Origin: Verrucomicrobiota bacterium
GTDB taxonomy: Bacteria > Verrucomicrobiota > Verrucomicrobiia > Limisphaerales > UBA11358
Reading direction: 5' to 3'
NCBI GenBank assembly: GCA_050010435.1
Contig: JBEKKZ010000006.1
Span: 128,666-192,665 of the forward strand
Length of the DNA stretch: 64,000 nt
The translations under genes and the position numbers were made by a program. Below, one piece after another: positions 37,063 to 49,147 of this stretch. The notes under the pieces were generated by a model. The model was not told the origin of the DNA, searched no databases, and was given only the letters and a program-made list of their open reading frames with translations. The number at the start of each line of letters is the position of its first letter. Position 1 is the stretch's first letter.

Positions 37063-38361
37063 ATGCATGATTTTCGTTATGTCGGCAACCGGCTGTTTTG
37101 CGAAGGCGTCGCCGTCGAGTCGCTCGCGCGCAAGTTTGGCACGCCACTTTACGTTTATTCGCAGCGCACGTTGACTGAAAATTTCCAAAAACTCGACGCG
37201 GCCATGTCGCCGGTGAATCATCTCGTCTGTTTCTCCGTCAAATCCAATTCCAATCGGTCCGTATTGCGCGCGCTGGCGAATCTCGGCAGCGGCTTCGACA
37301 TCGTCAGCGGCGGTGAATTACAGCGGGTCATCGCGGCGGGTGGCGACCCGCGCCAATGCGTCTTCGCCGGCGTCGGCAAAACGGAAGACGAAATCGAATT
37401 TGCCTTGCGGCAGGGTGTTTATTCCTTCAATGCCGAGAGCGAACCGGAATTGCAGCGCATCAACCGCGTTGCTGCGCGGCTGAAGAAAATCGCGCCCATT
37501 GCCGTGCGCGTGAACCCGGGCGTGGACGCCTACACGCACGCGAAAATCACAACCGGCACTTATGAAAACAAATTTGGCATTCAATTCGAGCAGGTCGAAG
37601 GCGTTTATGCCCGCGCGAGCAAACTGAAAAATCTGCGGCTGCGCGGCCTGCAAATGCACATCGGCTCGCAGATCACTGAAACGACACCGTTTGAACGGGC
37701 CGTGCGCAAAGTCCTGCCGCTTTTGCAACGGCTGCAGGGAAAATACCCGTTGGAATTTTTCAGCGTCGGCGGCGGGCTCGGCATTGTCTATAAACCCGCG
37801 CTCGCCAGCGGCGCGGCCGCCTGGTGGAAAACCTCCGCGGCGAAAAATATTTTAACACCGCAAAAATACGCCGGGCGGCTGGTCCCGCTGCTCCAACCAC
37901 TCCGCTTGAAAATTCTCATTGAGCCGGGACGCTTTATCGCCGGCAACGCGGGCATTCTCGTCACGCGCGTCGAGTTTGTGAAAAAAACCGGCCGGAAAAA
38001 TTTCGTCATCGTGGATGCCGCGATGAACGACTTGATTCGCCCGGCGTTTTACGACGCCTACCACGAAATCGTGCCGCTCACCCGCAAAAACGGCGTGCAA
38101 ATTGCTTCCGATATGGTCGGGCCGATTTGCGAATCCAGCGACTTTTTTTGCAAGGACCGCCCGTTGCCAAAAGCCGGCGAGGGCGATTATCTCGCGCTTT
38201 TGAGCGCGGGGGCGTACGGTTTTGCCCAGGCGTCGAATTACAACACACGGCCCCGGGCCGCTGAAATTTTGGTGAACGGCCGGCGCGCCGCCGTGGCGCG
38301 CGAACGCCAGCCGGTGAAAGAAATTTGGTCGGGCGAAAAAGTTGTGGCATGGTTGAAGTAG
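37063..38361 (+). CDS. lysA: diaminopimelate decarboxylase
   Basis: FGTPLYVYS...CFSVKSNSN is the PLP lysine region. GGGLGI and CESSD follow. 432 aa. Confidence 0.9.
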   Translation: MHDFRYVGNRLFCEGVAVESLARKFGTPLYVYSQRTLTENFQKLDAAMSPVNHLVCFSVKSNSNRSVLRALANLGSGFDIVSGGELQRVIAAGGDPRQCVFAGVGKTEDEIEFALRQGVYSFNAESEPELQRINRVAARLKKIAPIAVRVNPGVDAYTHAKITTGTYENKFGIQFEQVEGVYARASKLKNLRLRGLQMHIGSQITETTPFERAVRKVLPLLQRLQGKYPLEFFSVGGGLGIVYKPALASGAAAWWKTSAAKNILTPQKYAGRLVPLLQPLRLKILIEPGRFIAGNAGILVTRVEFVKKTGRKNFVIVDAAMNDLIRPAFYDAYHEIVPLTRKNGVQIASDMVGPICESSDFFCKDRPLPKAGEGDYLALLSAGAYGFAQASNYNTRPRAAEILVNGRRAAVARERQPVKEIWSGEKVVAWLK

Positions 38362-38365
38362 AATT

Positions 38366-39559
38366 GTGAACAACGAATTTTCCATCGCGGCGCACTGGCC
38401 GGGCGGTTTCGATGAAGCCGGCCTGCGGCAGTGGGCGGAGGATTTGCGCGCCCAACTCCTCGCCCCGCAGGTTTCACTCGGCCTCGTTTTCATGTCGCCG
38501 AAATTTTTCCCATTCGCCAGGCAGGCGCTGGAAATTTTGCGCGTTCACGCCCGGATTCCGTTGCTCGCGGGCTGTTCGAGCACCGGACTGATTGCCGGCA
38601 CGCAGGAAATTGAAGACGCGACCGGCCTGGTGCTCGCGCTCTACTCGCTGCCCGGCGCAGAGTTGACGGGTTTTCGTTTCACGCAGGAACAGGTCGAGGA
38701 GGCCAACGGCCCCGGCTACTGGCACCTGGAGACCGGCGTCGAACCGGCGCGCACCAATGGCTGGCTCGTTTTCATTGACCCGTTCCATCTCGACGCGGAA
38801 AGCTGGATTCGTTCGTGGAACGAGGCCTATGCGCCGCTGCCCGCGCTCGGCGGTCTGGCCAGCGGCATTTTCAACCAGCAAACAACACAGGTTTATTTGA
38901 ATGGCGACGTGTTCGAGGACGGCGGCGTGGCGATTTCCGTCGGCGGCGACGTGCAACTGACCGGCGTCATTTCACAGGGTTGCACCCCCATCGGCGAAAC
39001 GTGGACGCTCACACGCGTGGAAAAAAATTTGATTCATCACATCGGCAACCGGCCCGCCTACGCGGTGCTCGCCGAAACCTTTCAAAAACTTCCGCCCGAG
39101 GAACAGCGCAAGGCGCAGGGCAACCTGTTCATCGGCCTGGTCGTCAACGAATACCTCGAAGATTTCCATCGCGGCGATTTTCTGGTGCGCAACCTCATCG
39201 GTGGTGATCCGCAGTCCGGCGTACTGGCCGTCGGCACGTTGCCGCGCGCGGGGCAAACCATGCAGTTCCAGCGGCGCGACGCCGGCGCAGCGACCGAGGA
39301 CATGAACGAACTGCTCGCGCGCGCGAAAAAACAAATTGGGGGCGCGATGATTTACGGCGGCTGCCTCTGCTGTTGCAACGGCCGCGGGAAGCACTTGTTT
39401 GGCTGCGCGAACCACGATGCCGGACTCGTGCAGGAACGGCTCGGCCCGCTCGGACTTTCGGGATTTTTCTGCAACGGCGAAATTGGGCCCGTCGGCGAAA
39501 AGAATTTTCTGCACGGCTACACCGCGTCGCTCGCGCTGTTTGTGAAAAAACAGCCGTAG
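38366..39559 (+). CDS. FIST-domain signal transduction protein (FIST_N plus FIST_C)
   Basis: ...VFMSPKFF...GCSSTGLIAG...FFCNGEIGPVGEKNFLHGYTASLALF is the typical FIST_C ending. Confidence 0.75.
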   Translation: MNNEFSIAAHWPGGFDEAGLRQWAEDLRAQLLAPQVSLGLVFMSPKFFPFARQALEILRVHARIPLLAGCSSTGLIAGTQEIEDATGLVLALYSLPGAELTGFRFTQEQVEEANGPGYWHLETGVEPARTNGWLVFIDPFHLDAESWIRSWNEAYAPLPALGGLASGIFNQQTTQVYLNGDVFEDGGVAISVGGDVQLTGVISQGCTPIGETWTLTRVEKNLIHHIGNRPAYAVLAETFQKLPPEEQRKAQGNLFIGLVVNEYLEDFHRGDFLVRNLIGGDPQSGVLAVGTLPRAGQTMQFQRRDAGAATEDMNELLARAKKQIGGAMIYGGCLCCCNGRGKHLFGCANHDAGLVQERLGPLGLSGFFCNGEIGPVGEKNFLHGYTASLALFVKKQP

Positions 39560-39632
39560 CCCGCCCGGAACATTGCGGTGGGGAATAATTCGCCATTGCT
39601 TTTGCCCGACGGCACGTCATGCTCCAAACGGA

Positions 39633-40115
39633 ATGTCCCAAGCGGAACAATCATCCGAGTCGAATCGCCCCGCGCAACCCCGGGAAGCGGGCAGCGGACG
39701 CCGTCGCGGACATCGCGGCGGACGCGGACGGCGTCGCCCCGCGCCATCCGTTCCAGTTGCGGAGCAACCGGCGCAAGCTGAGTCACTGACGCCGCAAGTC
39801 GCACCATCCGTCAGCACGCCGGAACTCCCGTCACGACCCGCACCGCTGAGGCAAAAATTTCAACCTGCTGTTCCCGCGCCGCGCGCCGCCAAACCGGACG
39901 GTTCAGCCATCAGCCAGGCCGTGAACGAAGTGATGCAAATTGTCGAATCCTTGAGACAGGCGCTCAATCAAATGGAGGATGTTTTGGAACTGGTCGAACA
40001 CGCCGAGCGGCAAAAGCTCGGCGACGAACACGAGATTGATTCGCTCCGCCGGTTGCTGCGCCAGTTGCAGCATCCGAGAAGCGGCCGGGGCGAGCGACGC
40101 GAACACGACACGTGA
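39633..40115 (+). CDS. hypothetical Arg-rich protein with a C-terminal coiled-coil-like segment
   Basis: ATG 39633 gives MSQAEQSSESNRPAQPREAGSGRRRGHRGGRGRRR... Coding status is uncertain. Confidence 0.3.
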   Translation: MSQAEQSSESNRPAQPREAGSGRRRGHRGGRGRRRPAPSVPVAEQPAQAESLTPQVAPSVSTPELPSRPAPLRQKFQPAVPAPRAAKPDGSAISQAVNEVMQIVESLRQALNQMEDVLELVEHAERQKLGDEHEIDSLRRLLRQLQHPRSGRGERREHDT

Positions 40116-40197
40116 TTCTTCAGCACGGGAATGGAAACTGCGCTCCGCATCAGACCGGGTCCCGGCCGGGGGCAGCCCCGAGCAGCTCGTTGAAAAA

Positions 40198-40275
40198 GTA
40201 GCCGCCGACGTGAGTCGGCGCTGATCCGCCTTCAATTTTCGTAGAGAATTTGCGCCGACTAACGTCGGCGGCTAC
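40198..40275. repeat. inverted pair of a 24-nt unit that is itself a hairpin
   Basis: GTAGCCGCCGACGTGAGTCGGCGC (40198-40221) pairs with GCGCCGACTAACGTCGGCGGCTAC (40252-40275), matching at 23/24. Each arm contains GCCGAC-NNNN-GTCGGC. Confidence 0.65.
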
Positions 40276-40374
40276 AAGAGGAAGGTTTATTACGGACTGC
40301 TTGCTGCCGCCCAAACGTGAACGGTTATGCTTGATTCCATTGCGGGGGCAAGGATAATCTTGCCCCCGATCACC

Positions 40375-42158
<1,784 letters not shown>

Positions 42159-42173
42159 TCTGACCGGGCCAAT

Positions 42174-44435
<2,262 letters not shown>

Positions 44436-44572
44436 GCAACTCATCAAGATAATAAGCGGGTATAACCCGGGCAAAAGGATAAACATTGAACCGCCAACGT
44501 CGAACTTCCAATGCTGATGCCATTGGGTGCATCCGGGCATCACCACCAAGACACGAGGCCGCCCCGACTGTG

Positions 44573-44636
44573 GAACGCCGGATTCATCCGGCAGGCGGGC
44601 GAATTGCGTGTGGGCTGCCGGATGAATCCGGCGTTC
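44573..44636. repeat. perfect 22-nt-arm inverted repeat
   Basis: GAACGCCGGATTCATCCGGCAG (44573-44594) and CTGCCGGATGAATCCGGCGTTC (44615-44636) are exact reverse complements. They lie between divergent genes. Confidence 0.8.
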
Positions 44637-44742
44637 CGGTGACAGTGTCCGGTTGCGCCCGATGCCATTGATTCGGTGTTCGATGTTCCCTGCTCTTCAA
44701 ATTTGCATCGTCTCTGCCACATCGCCGCGATAAACTTTCCGC

Positions 44743-45486
44743 ATGTTATCCGCCAAACCATGGCGAGGCGAAGCCGTGCTCCAGTTTTGCGGGGCGCAGC
44801 TTCTCTGCTTTTGTCTCGGCCTGACGATTGCCGGCTTGTTGCAAAAGGCCGGGCTCGCCGCGTTCCAGCCACCGGACGGTTTTGGCGCGGTGCTGCTGGG
44901 CACGCTGGGTTTTCAGGGGGTGGCGTGGCTGCTCATTTTATTTTTTTTGCGGCAACATCAAGTTGGCTGGCGCGAGGCCTTTGGCGTTTGCGGGCCGCAG
45001 TTGCCCCGCGCGCTGCTCCTGGCCCTGTTGCTTGCCATCGCCATTCTGCCGGTGGCGTGGGGCTTGCAAATCATTTCGATGGATGCGCTGACGCGGGCCG
45101 GCTGGCCGCCCGAAGAGCAGCTCGCCGTAACGCTGCTGGCAAACACGAAATCGTGGTGGCTGCGGGTTTATCTCGGCGCGTTCGCCGTCGTGCTCGCGCC
45201 GGTGGCCGAGGAATTTATTTTTCGGGGCATGTTGTATCCGTTCGTCAAACAACTCGGCTGGCCGCGGCTGGCGTGGGTCGGCGTCAGTTTTGCGTTTGCG
45301 CTGATCCATGACGATACCGCGACGTTCGTGCCGCTGTTTGTGCTGGCACTCGCGCTGACGTGGCTTTACGAAAAGACGGACAACCTGCTCGCGCCCATCA
45401 CCGCCCACGCTCTGTTCAACGCAACAAATCTCATCGTGCTTTGCCTTGCGGAAGGGTTCAGCCGGCAACTTCCAGCACCGCCATGA
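44743..45486 (+). CDS. CPBP-family intramembrane glutamic endopeptidase (CAAX protease-like)
   Basis: APVAEEFIFRGMLY is the EExxxR motif. FALIHD and ITAHALFNATN are the His motifs. Multiple TM helices. Confidence 0.75.
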   Translation: MLSAKPWRGEAVLQFCGAQLLCFCLGLTIAGLLQKAGLAAFQPPDGFGAVLLGTLGFQGVAWLLILFFLRQHQVGWREAFGVCGPQLPRALLLALLLAIAILPVAWGLQIISMDALTRAGWPPEEQLAVTLLANTKSWWLRVYLGAFAVVLAPVAEEFIFRGMLYPFVKQLGWPRLAWVGVSFAFALIHDDTATFVPLFVLALALTWLYEKTDNLLAPITAHALFNATNLIVLCLAEGFSRQLPAPP

Positions 45487-46454
45487 ATGAATTCGAACTC
45501 ATCGCGCGCCTGACAAAATCGCTGCCGACGAACCAAAACGTCGTGATCGCCGCGGGCGATGATTGCGCCGTGCTCGATTTTGGGCTGCCGGACAAATGGC
45601 TGCTGTTCAAAACCGACGCCATCGTCGAGGGAGTTCATTTCACCCGGGACACGCCGCCGGAAAAAATCGGCCATAAAGCTTTGGCCCGCGCCCTCAGTGA
45701 CATCGCCGCGATGGCCGGCACGCCCACCGCCGCGCTCGTGACCATCGCGCTGCCGCAAAAGTTCGATGTGAAATTCGTCGAAGCCATTTACAACGGCATG
45801 AGGGCGCTGGCACAAAAACTGGGCGTGGCCATCGTGGGCGGCGAAACGACAGCGAACCCGGAGCGCATTTTGATTTCCATTGCGCTGCTCGGCTTTGTGC
45901 CGCGCGGAAAAGCCGTGCTGCGTTCCGGCGCAAAAACCGGCGATGCGATTTTTGTGACGGCCGAACTCGGCGGTTCGCTGGCGGGCAAACATCTGGAATT
46001 TGAGCCGCGCCTGGCCGAGGCGCGCTGGCTCGCGGAAAACTTTTCCATTCACGCCATGATTGATTTGAGCGACGGACTGGCGGGCGATTTGCGGCACATT
46101 TTGAAAGCCGGCCACGTCGGCGCGGAATTATTGAAAGACGCAATTCCGGTTTCCCGCGCGGCGAAGGAAAGGGCGCGTAGCCGCGCTTGTCAAAGCGCGG
46201 ATAATCCGCCGATTGACATCGGCGGCTACAAACCGGCAATTGCTGCCGCGCTGACCGATGGCGAGGATTTTGAACTGTTGTTCACGGTGGCGGGCGCCGA
46301 CGCAGTGAAATTGCTCGACGCGTGGAAAAAACAATTCCCGAAACTCCGCCTGAGTTGCATCGGCAAAATCACGGCGGACGAAGGCATCACGATTCGCGAC
46401 CAAACCGGCGCCCAACCGCTTACAGCCCATGGCTATGTTCATTTTGCGTCTTAA
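45483..46454 (+). CDS. thiL: thiamine-monophosphate kinase
   Basis: ATG 45483 overlaps the upstream stop. It gives MNEFELIARLTKSLP...AAGDDCAVLD...DAIVEGVHF... Confidence 0.85.
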   Translation: MNEFELIARLTKSLPTNQNVVIAAGDDCAVLDFGLPDKWLLFKTDAIVEGVHFTRDTPPEKIGHKALARALSDIAAMAGTPTAALVTIALPQKFDVKFVEAIYNGMRALAQKLGVAIVGGETTANPERILISIALLGFVPRGKAVLRSGAKTGDAIFVTAELGGSLAGKHLEFEPRLAEARWLAENFSIHAMIDLSDGLAGDLRHILKAGHVGAELLKDAIPVSRAAKERARSRACQSADNPPIDIGGYKPAIAAALTDGEDFELLFTVAGADAVKLLDAWKKQFPKLRLSCIGKITADEGITIRDQTGAQPLTAHGYVHFAS

Positions 46455-46455
46455 A

Positions 46456-46524
46456 GCAGCGCGGGCGTCTCGCCTGCATGGCACAGTGAAGGCATCAACC
46501 GGGCAGGCGAGACGCCTGCGCTAC
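46456..46524. repeat. 22-nt-arm inverted repeat of the GTAGCGCAGGCGTC family
   Basis: GCAGCGCGGGCGTCTCGCCTGC (46456-46477) pairs with GCAGGCGAGACGCCTGCGCTAC (46503-46524). It lies between thiL and tsaE. Confidence 0.75.
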
Positions 46525-46531
46525 ATTATTC

Positions 46532-46972
46532 ATGGCTGCATTCATTTCGCATAGTCCGGCGGAGACCGGGTCGCTCGGCGAGCGCTGGGGGCGCGCGGCG
46601 CAACGCGGACTGGTCATCGGCCTGTCCGGCGATTTGGGCGCGGGCAAAACGCAGCTCGTGAAGGGCATCGCGCGCGGACTCGGCATCACGGCGCGAGTGT
46701 ATTCGCCGACGTTCACGCTGGTGAACGAATATGGCGGCGGGCGGCTGCGGCTGTTTCATCTGGATTTGTACCGGCTCGAAACGCGCGGGCAAATTGTGTC
46801 CGCCGGGCTGGAGGAATTCCTGCAACCGGATGGCGTGACGGTGATTGAATGGGCGGAGCGGTGGATAAATTGTGGATTGCGGATTGCAGATTGCGGATTG
46901 TTCAAGCAGGCGATAATTGACATTGTCGGCGAGTCGGAACGAAAAATTATTTATGACGATTCTGGCGCTTGA
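46532..46972 (+). CDS. tsaE: tRNA t6A biosynthesis ATPase TsaE
   Basis: LSGDLGAGKTQLVKGIARGLGI...SPTFTLVNEY...HLDLYRL. Confidence 0.85.
   Translation: MAAFISHSPAETGSLGERWGRAAQRGLVIGLSGDLGAGKTQLVKGIARGLGITARVYSPTFTLVNEYGGGRLRLFHLDLYRLETRGQIVSAGLEEFLQPDGVTVIEWAERWINCGLRIADCGLFKQAIIDIVGESERKIIYDDSGA
46874..46901. repeat. heptamer tandem repeat (GGATTGC-like x4) in frame inside tsaE
   Basis: GGATTGCGGATTGCAGATTGCGGATTGT encodes ...NCGLRIADCGL... It lies between the conserved IEWAER block and the C-terminal tail. Confidence 0.65.
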
Positions 46973-47627
46973 ATTTTCATCCGGGCAAAGAAGTGTCGCG
47001 GTCGTGCGCCGTCGCGCGGGCGATGCTTCGTTCGTCGCCAGCGAGGTGGTTGAAACCGGCGCCGGCGGAACGCGGGCGTTGGGGATGATTGAAGACGCGC
47101 TGCGCGAAACCGGTCTGGAACGCGAGCAGATTGAGGTGCTGGCCATTGGTCTTGGCCCCGGTTCCTACACCGGCATCCGCGTCGCGCTTTCACTGGCACA
47201 AGGCTGGCAACTGGCATCCCGCCATGGCGGGATGAAATTGCTCGGCATCAGCAGCGTGGAATGTGTGGCGGCGCAGGCGCAGGCGGAAAAAATTTCCGGC
47301 CGCGTGAACGTGGTGATTGACGCGCAACGGAATGAATTTTATCTGGCAGCGTACGAAATTTCGGCGGATGGCTGGCGGGAAATCGAGCCGCTGCGGATTT
47401 TGACGCGGGCGGAGGTTGAATCGCGGGCCGGCGCGAAAGAAATCTTGATCGGGCCGGAGGTGACGCGATGGTTTCCGAATGCCCGGATGGTCTTCCCACG
47501 CGCGGCGGTTTTGGGGCAACTCGCCTTGAGCCGAAGCGATTTTGCAGCGGGCGACAAGCTGGAGCCGATTTATTTGCGGGAAACGAATTTTGTGAAAGCG
47601 CCGCCGAGCCGGCGAACTGCGCTTTGA
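46953..47627 (+). CDS. tsaB: tRNA t6A biosynthesis protein TsaB
   Basis: ATG 46953 gives MTILALEFSSGQRSVAVV...GLGPGSYTGIRVALSLAQGW. Confidence 0.8.
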   Translation: MTILALEFSSGQRSVAVVRRRAGDASFVASEVVETGAGGTRALGMIEDALRETGLEREQIEVLAIGLGPGSYTGIRVALSLAQGWQLASRHGGMKLLGISSVECVAAQAQAEKISGRVNVVIDAQRNEFYLAAYEISADGWREIEPLRILTRAEVESRAGAKEILIGPEVTRWFPNARMVFPRAAVLGQLALSRSDFAAGDKLEPIYLRETNFVKAPPSRRTAL

Positions 47628-47918
47628 CCCTGAGAGTTTTTGGTTCTGCTTGAAGCACTTGGCGCACTGCCACTATTGTCCGATTTCAGGACAGGGAAGG
47701 TTGGAGTGACAAAGGGCAATCGTCCGGCAGACGGTGCTTCAAAAGTTAATTTGGCGTGGCGTTTGCCGTCTTCAGCGCACCGGCGCACAGGGACACACGA
47801 TACAACGGGCAAGGGCTGTAAAATAAGGACATTCTCCCTCATGATGGCACGTGCCATGCTAAAAATCATTGTCTGGTGCGCAAGAAACGCCATTACCGAA
47901 AACTCAAATTCACCCATT

Positions 47919-48422
47919 ATGGTGGTTCATTTTAAACAAGCCGACAAAAGTATTGCGGCCAACGCGTTCACCTTGGCGGAAACGTTGATAGCGATTGTCG
48001 TCCTGGTGACGGTGCTGTCGGGGTTGATATATGGATACGTGCAGATGAATCAGACGGCGCTATGGAGTTCCATGTCACTGGCCGCGCAATCAATTGCTTC
48101 GCAGGGGGCCGAGCAGGCGCGCTGCGGGAAGTGGGACACGCAAGTGTGGCCACCGACAAATACCGGCCCGGGAACGGGTGATGAACTTCCTCCGGGGGTC
48201 TATATCAATGGGTTGGGTAGTTATACAAATCAAGGATCGAATTATAGCCTGGACATTCCGGTGTCCGGCGCGCCGATTTATGTTACGAACACCGTCACCA
48301 TCACACAAATTTCAAGCACTCCGCCATTGCGACAAATCAGTTCGCAATGTGTGTGGCAGTTTCCGCTGACCGGCAATTATTTCATCAACTCCGTGTTTAC
48401 CCTGCGCGCGCCTGACGAATGA
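47919..48422 (+). CDS. prepilin-type N-terminal cleavage/methylation domain protein (pseudopilin)
   Basis: ATG 47919 gives MVVHFKQADKSIAANAFTLAETLIAIVVLVTVLSG, a class III signal with E at +5. Confidence 0.65.
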   Translation: MVVHFKQADKSIAANAFTLAETLIAIVVLVTVLSGLIYGYVQMNQTALWSSMSLAAQSIASQGAEQARCGKWDTQVWPPTNTGPGTGDELPPGVYINGLGSYTNQGSNYSLDIPVSGAPIYVTNTVTITQISSTPPLRQISSQCVWQFPLTGNYFINSVFTLRAPDE

Positions 48423-49129
48423 AACTCTTATTGCCCAACCAGATTGGTCCGCGCCGGACCGGCGCTTGTGGTTTCACGTTCGCGGAAATGTGCATTGCCT
48501 TGGGGGTTTTTTCGATGGTCGTTGGCGCAATGGTCGCCGTCCAGATTTTTGGGCTGCGCATGTACACGCTCGCGGCGACCAAGCAGTCCGCCACCGAGGG
48601 CTGCCGCAAAACGTTGAATGCAATCCGGGATCAAATCCGGGAGGCCACCAAGGTGGATGTTGGAATCTGCACCTCGACGCCCTCCTTCTTCAACTCCCTT
48701 GCAACAAATCTCTCGCAAATAGGCAACGCGGTGATGGTTTATCCCCCCATAATAAACACGAACAATTACACCACGACTTACAATTCGAACATTTACAGCC
48801 TTTTCTATTTGGACATGCTGACCAAAACCAACGATTATCAAATGACGCAGTTCACCGTGGCCTCCAATGCCGCAAACACCGCTCTTGTCACCAATATCAC
48901 CGTGCTGGCCGGTTACATTACGAACCAGGACATTTTTACCGCCGCAGATTATCAAGGCAACCCCCTGACGAATGAAATAAGCTGGACCAAGCGCAGGGTC
49001 ATTTTCATAAAGTTGCAATTTTATCAATGGGAATATCCAGTCGCCTTGGTCGGGACCAACGGTGGCGCCAATATGTATGACTTTTATCAACTCCGGACGC
49101 GGGTCACCCAGCGCGCGGTTATAGATTGA
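48419..49129 (+). CDS. prepilin-type N-terminal domain protein (pseudopilin)
   Basis: ...RRTGACGFTFAEMCIALGVFSMVVGAMVAV. The start overlaps the previous stop. Confidence 0.6.
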   Translation: MKLLLPNQIGPRRTGACGFTFAEMCIALGVFSMVVGAMVAVQIFGLRMYTLAATKQSATEGCRKTLNAIRDQIREATKVDVGICTSTPSFFNSLATNLSQIGNAVMVYPPIINTNNYTTTYNSNIYSLFYLDMLTKTNDYQMTQFTVASNAANTALVTNITVLAGYITNQDIFTAADYQGNPLTNEISWTKRRVIFIKLQFYQWEYPVALVGTNGGANMYDFYQLRTRVTQRAVID

Positions 49130-49147
49130 AACACCAATAGGAGCGTT

